Positions 48,684-58,240 of a stretch of DNA of 58,879 nucleotides are shown piece after piece (position 1 is the first letter of the stretch; each line of letters begins with the position of its first letter). The notes under the pieces are model-generated. The model ran no database searches. It saw only the letters and a list, made by a program, of their open reading frames with translations, and was not told where the DNA came from. The stretch comes from an uncultured bacterium (GTDB taxonomy: Bacteria; Nitrospirota; Nitrospiria; Nitrospirales; Nitrospiraceae). The position numbers were made by a program, and so were the translations under genes. The stretch covers positions 1-58,879 of the forward strand of contig CBDIWQ010000093.1 in NCBI GenBank assembly GCA_965285965.1, given 5' to 3'.

Positions 48684-49058
48684 GTGAAGAGACACACACT
48701 GAGCCTATCCATGGCATTATGCGGAGTATTGGCCGGAGGTGCTGCGGTGGCGGACATGAGCAAGACGGAGCCGCCTCTTCCCGCGCCCGCCGGTTCCAAA
48801 GCCGAAGTGGCCGTCAATGAAGGCATGGCGCACTACAACCAAGGGCATTGGGATGTCGCGAAGAAGCATTTTCAGCAAGCGGTGCAGGCGGACCAGCGTT
48901 CCGCCGAAGCACATTACGACCTGGCCCTGACGCTGGATAAGGCCGGCGACCACACGAGCGCCATTGAACATTTCAAGGCTGCGCACGAACTCGGCAAGGA
49001 CAATCCGCAGATTCAAAACTCGGGCATCCTTCAGGCACACCTGAAGCCGAAACACTGA
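48684..49058 (+). CDS. Exported TPR protein
   Basis: AAGGAGG RBS + GTG; AEAHYDLALTLDKAG TPR pattern. Confidence 0.85.
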   Translation: MKRHTLSLSMALCGVLAGGAAVADMSKTEPPLPAPAGSKAEVAVNEGMAHYNQGHWDVAKKHFQQAVQADQRSAEAHYDLALTLDKAGDHTSAIEHFKAAHELGKDNPQIQNSGILQAHLKPKH

Positions 49059-49373
49059 GGAAAACCGGGGGCGTCAATTATCGGGACCCTTCGCACAACC
49101 GAAGATCGTACTGTGGGAGCACAGGTCACATCGGAGGACGTCTGGCCACTCAGATGTCAAACGAAGATGAACTCAACGTCGATCAGCCGGTGGCGAACGT
49201 ATGGGTCGGAGGCCCAGCCGGTGTCACTATGCCGGTTGGGTCACGGGCGCGCCCTCGCGCCGCGCATCCGTCACTTGCCTGTGACAGAGCATTCGAAGAC
49301 GTCCCTCCGCTCTCTAACGATGGTGCCTCAGCCGCATGGTGTGAGAGCCGTCTGAACACAAGGAGGGTCTAGA

Positions 49374-50231
49374 ATGGACGGGTTACTGATTCTTCCAACC
49401 GAGGACCGTGCGCCTCAGGTTGAGACCGGGACAATCCTGTTCATCGGCAACGCCACCGTGCTGATCCGTTTCGGCGGCTTGACGATCCTCACCGATCCGA
49501 CCTTCATCCATCGCCATGAACAGGTCTCCATCGGGTATGGGATGCACAGCACCAGATTGACGGATCCGGCCGTGGACATACAGGATCTGCCGCGCTTGGA
49601 TCTGGTCGTGCTCTCGCACTTTCATGGCGATCACTTCGATCAGGTGGCGGAGCGCGAACTTGACAAGTCGCTGCCCATCGTGACGACCCAGGAAGCGGCG
49701 CGGCAACTGCAACAGCGGGGGTTCCGTCAGACCAAGCCCCTGGATACGTGGTCGTCCTTTTCCGTGGAGAAGGGCGACGTGCGGGTACGGATCACGTCCA
49801 TGCCGGGCCGGCATGGACCGCCCCTCGCCGATCTCGTCTTGCCCGAGGTGATGGGCAGCCTGTGGGAGTTCACCGCTTCTGGCAAACCGCTGTTTCGGCT
49901 GTATGTGACCGGTGACACTCTGGTGATCGATGATCTGAAAGAGATCCCTGTGCGGTATCCCGATATCGATCTGGCGCTCTTGCATTTGGGCGGAACCCGG
50001 GTGCTCGGCATTTTGGTCACGATGGATGCCGCGCAAGGGGTGGAGATGATGCGGCTGATCCGGCCGCAACGGGCGATTCCCATTCACTACAACGACTACG
50101 ATGTCTTTAAGTCGCCGTTGTCCGATTTTCAACGGGAAATCGCCGCCGCGGGCTTGGAATCCCGCCTTCAGTATTTGCGGCACGGCGACACCTATACCCT
50201 CCGGATGCGATCCGAACGGGCGGCCGCATGA
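49374..50231 (+). CDS. MBL-fold metallo-hydrolase
   Basis: LTDP, SHFHGDHFD, GDT, PIHYNDY. Confidence 0.92.
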   Translation: MDGLLILPTEDRAPQVETGTILFIGNATVLIRFGGLTILTDPTFIHRHEQVSIGYGMHSTRLTDPAVDIQDLPRLDLVVLSHFHGDHFDQVAERELDKSLPIVTTQEAARQLQQRGFRQTKPLDTWSSFSVEKGDVRVRITSMPGRHGPPLADLVLPEVMGSLWEFTASGKPLFRLYVTGDTLVIDDLKEIPVRYPDIDLALLHLGGTRVLGILVTMDAAQGVEMMRLIRPQRAIPIHYNDYDVFKSPLSDFQREIAAAGLESRLQYLRHGDTYTLRMRSERAAA

Positions 50232-50234
50232 GTG

Positions 50235-50312
50235 CCTCGTTTGTATAGTCATTGGTTTGTCCGGTTTATCTGGTTGAACTAACCAAACCAAACAAACCGA
50301 TCAACGAGATCA
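50235..50312. repeat. Degenerate ~9-nt repeat tract with inverted arms between convergent genes
   Basis: GGTTTGTCC-GGTTTATCT-GGTT facing AACCAAACC-AAACAAACC; same style as 30600-30770. Confidence 0.55.
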
Positions 50313-50319
50313 ACCTGTT

Positions 50320-50763
50320 CTATGCGGCGCGGCGGGTGTCCCGCCGATCCACTGCGATCGCGGCATCCGTCCAGTAGTAGCCGAAATAGGCGGCGGCCAG
50401 TGCCGTGACGGCGTGAAGCCAGACATCATGGCCGAATATCGGGACCAGCCCGAACATCGTGTTGAGACCCGGGATAAGCCCCATGATGGCCAGGGCGCCG
50501 TAGAAGACGGCCAGTCCGCGGGCAAAACGGACGGAGGCCAGCGTGCTGCGGGAAGCGGTGGTTCCCAAGAGGCCGACGCCAAGGTGCACGATATTATGAA
50601 GCGCATTGATGGGAAACAGCCCAAAGAGGTAGCCGAACCCCGTTGGGATGGCGAGGTCGATGCTGTCCATCGGCGCCCGGCTCACGAATGGGGACAGAAA
50701 ACCCAGCACTCCCACCAGCAGAAACGCAATGCCGATGTATTTGGCGAATTGTTGGCTCGTCAT
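50320..50763 (-). CDS. DUF4383 membrane protein
   Basis: GYLFGLFPINALHNIVHL, DVWLH; GGAGG RBS. Confidence 0.87.
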   Translation of the reverse strand: MTSQQFAKYIGIAFLLVGVLGFLSPFVSRAPMDSIDLAIPTGFGYLFGLFPINALHNIVHLGVGLLGTTASRSTLASVRFARGLAVFYGALAIMGLIPGLNTMFGLVPIFGHDVWLHAVTALAAAYFGYYWTDAAIAVDRRDTRRAA

Positions 50764-50789
50764 GAGGCACCTCCGTTTCCGGTGTAGGT

Positions 50790-50805
50790 TGCAAGCCATA
50801 CGCCA
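50790..50805 (-). promoter_or_regulatory. Sigma54 promoter
   Basis: TGGCGT-ATGGC-TTGCA, 27 nt upstream of ATG 50763. Confidence 0.7.
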
Positions 50806-50906
50806 ATGCACGCAGACCCCGCTTGGCCCCCCATGCTCTAGGGCGGTTCCCAGGATGCGGCAGGGTTCTGACGGACTTTTCTGTAGTCCCGCACGCCAGC
50901 GGTTAA

Positions 50907-50936
50907 GACAGTCTGTCCGATGAAGGACAGGTTGGC
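50907..50936. promoter_or_regulatory. Tandem GACA-N3-TGTC-type sites between divergent sigma54 promoters
   Basis: GACAGTCTGTC (50907) and GACAGGTTGGC (50926), with the same 19-bp period as 21462/21481. Confidence 0.55.
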
Positions 50937-51003
50937 AGAATCCCGGACAGTCCCCCGCCGACACAATCGACGCGAATCCTGCATTCATTTGTGTGGCCAG
51001 CGA

Positions 51004-51018
51004 GGCATATCGCTTGCT
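51004..51018 (+). promoter_or_regulatory. Sigma54 promoter
   Basis: GGCAT-ATCGC-TTGCT upstream of ATG 51074. Confidence 0.65.
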
Positions 51019-51073
51019 CCATTTGATCTCGGATTAGGGAGAGCAGCAACTTTTTAAGGTTGGAGGAGAGATC

Positions 51074-51640
51074 ATGAGGATGATCGGCACAGCCGGGGTG
51101 CTTCCTGTGATGGCGTTGACGGCGGTCTGCATACTGCCGGTTGAAAGGGTACTGGCTGCGGATGCTAGCGTCATGAACGAGCGGCAGATTCAAGGCCTGA
51201 TCGAGACGGCGGCCAAGGCGACAGATCGTCCTGATCACGACTTTGCGGCCAACTCGATCCGGAATCTCCTGGAGCATGCGAAGGACTTACAGTTGAGCCC
51301 TGAACAAACGGACAAGATCAAGACGATCAAAGACCACTATGCCCAGACGAAGACCAGCAGAGAGGCGGCCTATCAACAATCGGAGATGGAAGCTCTCAAG
51401 TTGATCCATGACCGGCATAGCTCGCTGACTGCCGTCGAAACCGCCATTCAAAAGGCGGACATGGAGCATAGCAAGCTTCGTATGGCCGGCGTGGCCGCGC
51501 TCCGTGAGGCGGGAGATGTGCTGCGTCCGGAGCAGTACCAGCAATGGCGTCAGAAGGCGGCATCCGGGCAAGTGGCGCATACACGAGAAGGCACGGGCAC
51601 ACACGGTCAGACGGAAAGCGAGCGCATTCCCCCTCACTAG
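51074..51640 (+). CDS. Periplasmic Spy/CpxP-like (LTXXQ) protein
   Basis: Signal peptide; LQLSPEQ and VLRPEQ motifs. Confidence 0.8.
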   Translation: MRMIGTAGVLPVMALTAVCILPVERVLAADASVMNERQIQGLIETAAKATDRPDHDFAANSIRNLLEHAKDLQLSPEQTDKIKTIKDHYAQTKTSREAAYQQSEMEALKLIHDRHSSLTAVETAIQKADMEHSKLRMAGVAALREAGDVLRPEQYQQWRQKAASGQVAHTREGTGTHGQTESERIPPH

Positions 51641-51690
51641 GACTTTGGGCATCGTTCCGGCAAGGGTGATGGACGGCGAAAGGAGTACGT

Positions 51691-52194
51691 ATGCGCCTCA
51701 TGAGAATCGGGACGCTGTTGCCCGCTTTGGCGGGGGGACTGGCACTGCTGTCGGTGGCCCACGCGGAAGCGGATGCGCCCGTGATGGACGGGGCGACAGT
51801 GCTCATGGAATACACCATTACGGTGCCGGAGGCCAAAATCATCATCCCCAAGAACGTCAGCCAGTTTGTGCCGGGCCATCATGATCTCCTCCCCAATCTA
51901 GAGAAGGCCCTGACGGGGATGAAAAAGGGAGAAGAGCGACGCGTTGATTTGTCGGCGGACGAGGCGTTCGGCCCCTACGACGAAAGCAAAAAGACGGTCA
52001 TGCCGGTCGACCATTTGCCGTCCGACGTCAAGCCCGGCATGGTGCTGACGACAAAGGAGGGCGTGCCGTTCGTCGTCATGAACGTGGCGGGAGGCGAGGC
52101 GCAAGTCGATTTCAACCATCCGCTGGCCGGTAAGCACGTGATCATCGACGTGAAAATCCTTGAGGTCCAGCCACCGGGCAGCGCCGCCAGTTAA
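51691..52194 (+). CDS. Exported FKBP-type peptidyl-prolyl isomerase (SlyD-like)
   Basis: LEKALTGMKKGE, AFGPYD, VDFNHPLAGK; N-terminal signal peptide. Confidence 0.9.
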   Translation: MRLMRIGTLLPALAGGLALLSVAHAEADAPVMDGATVLMEYTITVPEAKIIIPKNVSQFVPGHHDLLPNLEKALTGMKKGEERRVDLSADEAFGPYDESKKTVMPVDHLPSDVKPGMVLTTKEGVPFVVMNVAGGEAQVDFNHPLAGKHVIIDVKILEVQPPGSAAS

Positions 52195-52209
52195 GAAAAG
52201 ACCGCCCGT

Positions 52210-52845
52210 ATGCTGCGAGAGAAACCCTATCGCGTCAAATCATTCGATCTCCATGGCCTTCAGGGCATTTCCGATCGTACGTTGGAAATGCACTTCGCGC
52301 TGTATGAGGGGTACGTCAAGGCCGCCAACGCCTTAACGAGCGACATCGCGGACTTCCTCAAGGACGGCACGGTGGATCAAGAGGAGATGCCGGCCTATTC
52401 CGAGCTGACCCGCCGTCTCGGTTTTGAGTATAACGGGATGGTGCTGCACGAATATTATTTCGGCAACATGCGGAAGACGGCGGCTCCGGGGCCGGCGCCC
52501 GACTCAGCCTTTGCGCGGCGCGCCCGAGACTCGTTCGGCAGTTTTGAACGGTGGAAGACCGACTTTGTCAGCGTGGGAAAGATGCGGGGCGTCGGATGGG
52601 CGATGTGTTATCAACATCCCTCGACCGGGCGGTTGACCAATCATTGGACCTCGCTGCACGAATACGGCAACGTCGCCGGATTTGTTCCGGTGCTGGTCAT
52701 GGATGTGTGGGAACATGCCTATCTGCTGGACTATGCTCCGTCCAAGCGAGGGGAATATATCGACGCGTTCTTTTCCCATATCGATTGGAAAACCGTCGAT
52801 CGCCGGGTTCAAGCCGATCCGTTTTATCGGAGCGGTGCCGCCTAA
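52210..52845 (+). CDS. Fe/Mn superoxide dismutase family protein
   Basis: HFALYEGYV, LHEYYF, DVWEHAY. Confidence 0.93.
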   Translation: MLREKPYRVKSFDLHGLQGISDRTLEMHFALYEGYVKAANALTSDIADFLKDGTVDQEEMPAYSELTRRLGFEYNGMVLHEYYFGNMRKTAAPGPAPDSAFARRARDSFGSFERWKTDFVSVGKMRGVGWAMCYQHPSTGRLTNHWTSLHEYGNVAGFVPVLVMDVWEHAYLLDYAPSKRGEYIDAFFSHIDWKTVDRRVQADPFYRSGAA

Positions 52846-52906
52846 CCGCCGGGCTCTTCGCTTTACAGCTCCTGCCGCTTCTTTTATCCGAGTCATGGAG
52901 CGCCGC

Positions 52907-54262
52907 TCACACGAGCATGTGAGGCGGAGCGGGCGCTTCAACCAAAGCGACGAACCGGTCGCCCGAGGATGGCGCCGTGCTCTTGGCTGCGCGTTCGCGG
53001 AAACGGCGGCTCGAGAAGGCGGCGACGCAGGCCGTGCTGAGCAACACCAATCCGATTCCCAGCAAACTGATGTCGGCACCCAAGGTGTCGGCCGCCCATC
53101 CGAACCCGGCCATGCCGGCCATCGCCGACGCCATGGACCCGGTGCTGAACGTCGCGAAGACGCGTCCCAGGAGAGGCTCGGGCGTGACTTCTTGCAATAC
53201 GCCCCAGATGATCGGCATGAAGAGGGCGGTGCTTCCGCCGATGATCATGATGAAGGCGCCGGCCACCAGCGGTCCCGTGAGCAGGCTCAGACCGCACAAG
53301 GTCAGGCCTCCGACGATCATGGCACGGAAGATCAAATTGAAACGCCCGACGAGGTCTCCTTGGCTGCGCGAGGCCAGCCAGGCCGAGGCCGCCAACATGC
53401 CGGCCCCCAATGCGGACCACAGCACGCCGACTTCCATGGCCCCGGCACTAAGGTTCTGTTCGGCAAACACGGGAAGCATGAAAGCAAAGGCGCTGGCGGC
53501 CAGGCTGTAGAGGGTCGCCGCGAGCATCAGGTTCAACACCATCGGGTGCTCGTACCACACGAACCGAATGCCCGCCATTAAGTCGTCGCTCCACTTCCCG
53601 CGGACGGCTCCGGTCGCGGACGTACTGTCGATTGCGCGCAGCGTGACCGGCAGCAAGCAGAGGGCTGAGATGAAGAATGTCGCGGCATCCATATACAGGA
53701 CGTTTTGCGCCCCAATCAGGGCAATGCCGACGCCGCTGACGATGGGACCCACCAGCAAGCCGATATTACCCGTCGTCTGCAACAGGGCGTTGGCCGCCGT
53801 CAGCTGTTCCCGGCGGACGATCTGCGGCACGGCCGACGATAACGCCGGTCCGAAGAAGGTGGACACCACCGCAAGCAGAAACACCGCGGCATAGAGACGG
53901 TCGAGGGTCAAGGCTTCGAATGCGTGCAAGACGGGAATGAGCAACACCAGGAACGTCCGCGCCAGGTCGACCCATACCATGACCGATTTCTTATTGGCTC
54001 GATCCAGGTAGACGCCGATGAACGGACACAGCACGAGCGGCGGGATGGTTTGTAGCAGACCGATCATCACCATCTTCATCGCCGAGCCGGTCAGCTGATA
54101 CACAAACCACAAAAGGGCCACCCGGGTCAGACTGTCTCCGATCTGCGACGTCAGTTGTCCCCAGAATAAAAAGCCGAAATTTTTGGTCGTGAGTAATTGC
54201 CGGCCCGGAGATGGGGCGGGGCTATCAGCGGATCGGACGTCAGCATACACGGTGGTCGGCAT
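52907..54262 (-). CDS. MFS transporter (DHA3-like)
   Basis: About 12 hydrophobic segments; WGQLTSQIGD, GVYLDR; AAAGGAG RBS. Confidence 0.92.
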   Translation of the reverse strand: MPTTVYADVRSADSPAPSPGRQLLTTKNFGFLFWGQLTSQIGDSLTRVALLWFVYQLTGSAMKMVMIGLLQTIPPLVLCPFIGVYLDRANKKSVMVWVDLARTFLVLLIPVLHAFEALTLDRLYAAVFLLAVVSTFFGPALSSAVPQIVRREQLTAANALLQTTGNIGLLVGPIVSGVGIALIGAQNVLYMDAATFFISALCLLPVTLRAIDSTSATGAVRGKWSDDLMAGIRFVWYEHPMVLNLMLAATLYSLAASAFAFMLPVFAEQNLSAGAMEVGVLWSALGAGMLAASAWLASRSQGDLVGRFNLIFRAMIVGGLTLCGLSLLTGPLVAGAFIMIIGGSTALFMPIIWGVLQEVTPEPLLGRVFATFSTGSMASAMAGMAGFGWAADTLGADISLLGIGLVLLSTACVAAFSSRRFRERAAKSTAPSSGDRFVALVEAPAPPHMLV

Positions 54263-54291
54263 GGGTATCTCCTTTGTTGGAGGCGATACTG

Positions 54292-54307
54292 TGCACAGAC
54301 CTTGCCT
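54292..54307 (-). promoter_or_regulatory. Weak sigma54-like promoter with upstream GACAAGTTGTC site (54391-54401)
   Basis: AGGCAA-GGTCT-GTGCA (GG-N10-GC). Confidence 0.4.
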
Positions 54308-54441
54308 GGCGCCAGGCAGTCAAACGCGCACATTGTCCGGGATCCGCTTTGAAGAAAGGGTTCCTATTGCTGAGGATTCGTGCCGGTACGGACAAGTTGT
54401 CTCGCGGGTCGGGGTTACCTATGGTGCTGCTCGGGACCTTG

Positions 54442-55800
54442 CTAGTTCTTCTCTCCTGCATTAGCGTTGGCTATTTCACACGAACGATCAGTTTTGCCAG
54501 GCCGTTGTGAAGGCGGCGGGACACGGCGCAGCCGGGAAATAAAGACGCTCGACATGAGTGCCGTCGCACACATCACCACTCCGATGGCCACGACCGCCAC
54601 GGTCTCGCCGAACCGGCCCGTCACCCATCCAAAGAAGGTGATGCCCCCCATGGCCGAGGTCATGGCGCCCATCGTGTAAAAGGCCAACGATCGTCCGAGA
54701 AGATGGACGGGCGACCACTCCTGGAGCACCCCCCATGCGACCGGGGTCAGCACGCCGATGCCTGCGCCCAAAATCACCAGAACCCCCGCCCCGAGCGCCG
54801 GTTCTCTGACCCACACCAAGGCAAACAGCGCCGCGCCGCTGACCGCGCTTGAAATGGTGATCATCCAAATTCGCCTGAGGATGGTCCAAGAGCTGATGGT
54901 GGTCAGCGCGAGCGAGGTGATGAGCAAGCCCACTCCGAGCATGGACCACAGGTAGCCGACTTCCACCGGTCCCAGATCCAGCATTTTTCTTCCGAAGACG
55001 GGAAAGAGGGTGGTGAAGGCGCTGGTGGCAAAGGTATACACCGCCGCCGTCAACGTGAGGAACACAATGGCCGGTTGGCCTTGAACCACGTACCGGAGGC
55101 CTTCGACGAGGTCCTGCATGACCGAGGCGACGGGTGGCTGTTTGACCAAGTGCACGGTCGGGGGTGCCATCCGGATCGGTATGAAACAGGCGGCGGCGAT
55201 CAGATAGGTGGCGGCATTCCAACAGAGCACTTCCTGAGAACTCAGTGCGGCAATGCCGATGCCGCTGAGCGCCGGACCGACGATGATCCCGAGGCTGGTC
55301 GTGCTTTGGAGCAACGCGTTGGCCGAGGTGTATTGGGAGGCCCTGACGAGCGACGGAATGGAGGCGGTCAGGGCCGGCCCGAACACCGCGGACGCGATGG
55401 CATGGAGCGTGACCAGGATATAAAGGGTGCCGACGGAAAAAGTTTCGGGCGCCATCAGGCAGGGCACGAGTCCGAGCACGACGGCGCGCACGATATCGGA
55501 ACTAATCAGCAGGGCCTTCTTGGACAGCCTGTCCACCACCACGCCGATCAGGGGGCCCAGGACAATGGGCGGAATGGTTTGCAGCAGGCCGATGACGCTG
55601 GTCTTGAGCGGCGATCCGGTGACCGAGTAGACGAACCACAACAACGCCAGTTTCGAGACGCCGTCGCCCATCTGAGACACGACTTGGCCCCACCAGATCA
55701 GGGTGAAGTCGCCGGTGAGCAACCAGCGCCGTGTGGACGCTCCCTGTCCCGTCCGCGTGGAACGCGCTCGTGCGTCACTCGTGAGTTTCTCCTCCGCCAT
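54442..55800 (-). CDS. MFS transporter (DHA3-like), paralog of the adjacent gene
   Basis: WGQVVSQMGD, LLQTIPP, GVVVDR; ATG 55800. Confidence 0.92.
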   Translation of the reverse strand: MAEEKLTSDARARSTRTGQGASTRRWLLTGDFTLIWWGQVVSQMGDGVSKLALLWFVYSVTGSPLKTSVIGLLQTIPPIVLGPLIGVVVDRLSKKALLISSDIVRAVVLGLVPCLMAPETFSVGTLYILVTLHAIASAVFGPALTASIPSLVRASQYTSANALLQSTTSLGIIVGPALSGIGIAALSSQEVLCWNAATYLIAAACFIPIRMAPPTVHLVKQPPVASVMQDLVEGLRYVVQGQPAIVFLTLTAAVYTFATSAFTTLFPVFGRKMLDLGPVEVGYLWSMLGVGLLITSLALTTISSWTILRRIWMITISSAVSGAALFALVWVREPALGAGVLVILGAGIGVLTPVAWGVLQEWSPVHLLGRSLAFYTMGAMTSAMGGITFFGWVTGRFGETVAVVAIGVVMCATALMSSVFISRLRRVPPPSQRPGKTDRSCEIANANAGEKN

Positions 55801-55807
55801 TCCGCGG

Positions 55808-56740
55808 CTAATCTTTCCCGGTGAGTTGCACGCCGGCCGAGTTGACCGCCCGCACGCCGGGCACGTGTCGCGCTGCCTCCGCCGCTTCCAGCGCAATCAC
55901 CTGGTAGTGCGTTTTTCCGCTGAGGGAGACGACGCCCTGCTCGGACTTCACCTCGAACCCGACGGCCTTCAGGGTCTCGCTGCGATTGAACCGCTCTTTG
56001 ACCAACTGTGTGATGGCCTCATCCTGTTTCTTGATCCAGGCGTTCCGCACCGCCGCATCCACGGTCAGCTTGTTCACCACTGAAACCACTCCTTCGATCG
56101 CTGTGGCGATCTGACCGGCCTTGATCTTTTCTTCCTCGGTGGGAACGGCCCCGGTCAAGGTGACGGTCTGCTTGTCCACCGTCACTTCTACCTCCAGCGG
56201 GAACAAGGTGGGCTCAGCCATGAGGGCGAGTTTTATCGTGAGGTTCAAAGAGGCGACCGGCTTTTTTGCAGGTTCCTCGGCCTTTGACGGCGGTGCCTGA
56301 GGCGGCTCCGCCGCGGGTTTTTCCTCTTGGGCGGACTTGGAATCGGGTTTACGATCCGCCTCCGTTTTTTTCTTGGGCGGGGCGGGGGCCGCCGCCTCCG
56401 GCTGTTTCTCACCCGGCGCCGGTTTAGCTTCCGGTTCAGTTTTCTTTTTCGGTTCAGCCGGGGGCTCGTTGGCCTGCTTCTCCGGAGTTGTGGATTTTAA
56501 ATCCGGTTTACGGTCAGGCTCCCCTTTCTTCTTCAGCTCCTGAGCGGGAGGCTCGGTGGGTGATTTCTCTTCGGCCGGTCGAGCGTCCGGTTTGGGCTCG
56601 GGTTTCTTTTTCAGCTCGGTGGAAGGAGCTTGTTCCGGCTCCTTCTGAGGCTCTTTGGGAGCGACGTTCTCTGCGGCGCCCCCCACGGGGAAAGCGAAGA
56701 CAACCAACAAGGCCCAGGCGGTCACGAGACTTTTTGACAT
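55808..56740 (-). CDS. Exported BON-domain protein with Pro/Glu/Lys-rich repeat linker
   Basis: Signal peptide; repeated KKK..E..KP units; two BON domains (VTLTGAV...GVVSVVNKL; VSLSG...PGVRAVN). Confidence 0.9.
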   Translation of the reverse strand: MSKSLVTAWALLVVFAFPVGGAAENVAPKEPQKEPEQAPSTELKKKPEPKPDARPAEEKSPTEPPAQELKKKGEPDRKPDLKSTTPEKQANEPPAEPKKKTEPEAKPAPGEKQPEAAAPAPPKKKTEADRKPDSKSAQEEKPAAEPPQAPPSKAEEPAKKPVASLNLTIKLALMAEPTLFPLEVEVTVDKQTVTLTGAVPTEEEKIKAGQIATAIEGVVSVVNKLTVDAAVRNAWIKKQDEAITQLVKERFNRSETLKAVGFEVKSEQGVVSLSGKTHYQVIALEAAEAARHVPGVRAVNSAGVQLTGKD

Positions 56741-56777
56741 AGTGTCCGTCCTCCCGTTTTCCCTTGATCACAAGACT

Positions 56778-56797
56778 CTAGGAGAAGGTTCTCCTAG
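56778..56797. promoter_or_regulatory. Perfect palindrome, putative regulator operator
   Basis: CTAGGAGAA-GG-TTCTCCTAG between the divergent BON gene and glgC. Confidence 0.55.
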
Positions 56798-56990
56798 TGC
56801 CTACTAGTGCTCTCCCGAAGAAGTAACCGGCCCGGGCACCTGTTGACAAGGGCCTCCCACGCTCGAACCCAGGGTGTCGCCCAGTTAGGGTGATGTGATC
56901 CCGTTGTTATCGTGACGCACACTGCACGATCGATGTGCCCAATGATGTGCGTTGATCGGGTCAATTCTCAAGTCAACGGACAGGAGATCC

Positions 56991-58229
56991 ATGAAGGCCT
57001 TACGTGTGCTCGGCATGATCATGGCCGGCGGCAAGGGGGAGCGCTTGCTTCCTCTGACCGCGGAGCGGAGCAAACCGGCCGTTCCCTTCGGGGGGCAATA
57101 CCGCATTGTCGATTTCGTCCTGAGTAACTTTGTGAACTCGGGGATACTGGCGCTCTATGTCCTGGTGCAATACCGATCGCAATCGCTCATCGAACATCTG
57201 CGGGAGGGTTGGCAGATCGGGGGAAGAATCAAACAAAGCTTCATCAGCGTGGTGCCGCCTCAAATGCGGGCGCGAGAGGGGTGGTATGAGGGAACCGCCG
57301 ACGCGGTGTACCAGAACCTGAATCTGGTGGAGGACTTCAGGCCTGACATCATTGCGGTGTTTGGAGCGGATCATGTCTATCGAATGGATATCCGTCAAAT
57401 GGTTCAGCAGCACGTGGAGCGCACCAGCGACGTGACCGTGGGGGCGCTCCCGGTGCCGCTAGCCGACGCGCGAAGCTTCGGCATTCTCGAGGTGGACGCG
57501 GCGGGCCGCATGATCGGATTTGAAGAGAAGCCGGCGGCGCCGAAACCCATGCCGGGGCGGCCGGATCATGCCTTGTCTTCCATGGGCAACTATGTGTTCA
57601 CGACGGACGTGCTGGTCCCGTTGCTGAAACGCGACGCCTCACGCCCCGGCACCCACGATTTCGGCCGCAATATCGTGCCGGACCTGCTGGCACGGCACAA
57701 GGTCCATGTGTATGACATGCAAAACAATAACATTCCCGGTCTCCGTGCCTACGAAGAGCGGGGCTATTGGCGGGATGTCGGCAACCTGCAGTCTTATTGG
57801 CAGGCCAACATGGACTTGCTCGGGGAACAGCCGCCCTTCGATCTCCGGAACCCCGAATGGCCCATTCTCTCCGGTTCGTACAACGGGCCGATGGCCTCGC
57901 TTGTCCGGAGCCAAATCGACGAATCCATGATCGGACAAGGCACCCAATGCGTCGGCGCCCGCATTCATCGATCCGTGCTGGGACGGGGCGTCCGGGTAGC
58001 GCCGGGAGTCGAACTGGACGAATGCGTCATTCTGGACGGCGTGTCTATCGGACCCGGAACCAAGTTGCGGCGGGTGATCGCTGACCGGGCCAGCGTGATT
58101 CCGGCCGCCACGCACATCGGATTCGACGACGACCACGATCGGAAACAGTATCATGTGTCGCCCTCCGGACTCGTGGTGCTGACCCGTGCCTCCTGGACCG
58201 ACTCCGAGGCCTTGCGTCATGCGTCCTGA
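56991..58229 (+). CDS. glgC: Glucose-1-phosphate adenylyltransferase
   Basis: MAGGKGERLLPLT.ERSKPAVPFGG.YRIVDF, GTADAV, FEEKP, YWRDVG. Confidence 0.96.
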   Translation: MKALRVLGMIMAGGKGERLLPLTAERSKPAVPFGGQYRIVDFVLSNFVNSGILALYVLVQYRSQSLIEHLREGWQIGGRIKQSFISVVPPQMRAREGWYEGTADAVYQNLNLVEDFRPDIIAVFGADHVYRMDIRQMVQQHVERTSDVTVGALPVPLADARSFGILEVDAAGRMIGFEEKPAAPKPMPGRPDHALSSMGNYVFTTDVLVPLLKRDASRPGTHDFGRNIVPDLLARHKVHVYDMQNNNIPGLRAYEERGYWRDVGNLQSYWQANMDLLGEQPPFDLRNPEWPILSGSYNGPMASLVRSQIDESMIGQGTQCVGARIHRSVLGRGVRVAPGVELDECVILDGVSIGPGTKLRRVIADRASVIPAATHIGFDDDHDRKQYHVSPSGLVVLTRASWTDSEALRHAS

Positions 58230-58240
58230 TTGGTGAAGAC

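Noticed and set aside
49154-49372. 72-aa ORF upstream of the MBL hydrolase
   Set aside because: Poorly spaced RBS and no recognisable features; cannot be distinguished from chance.
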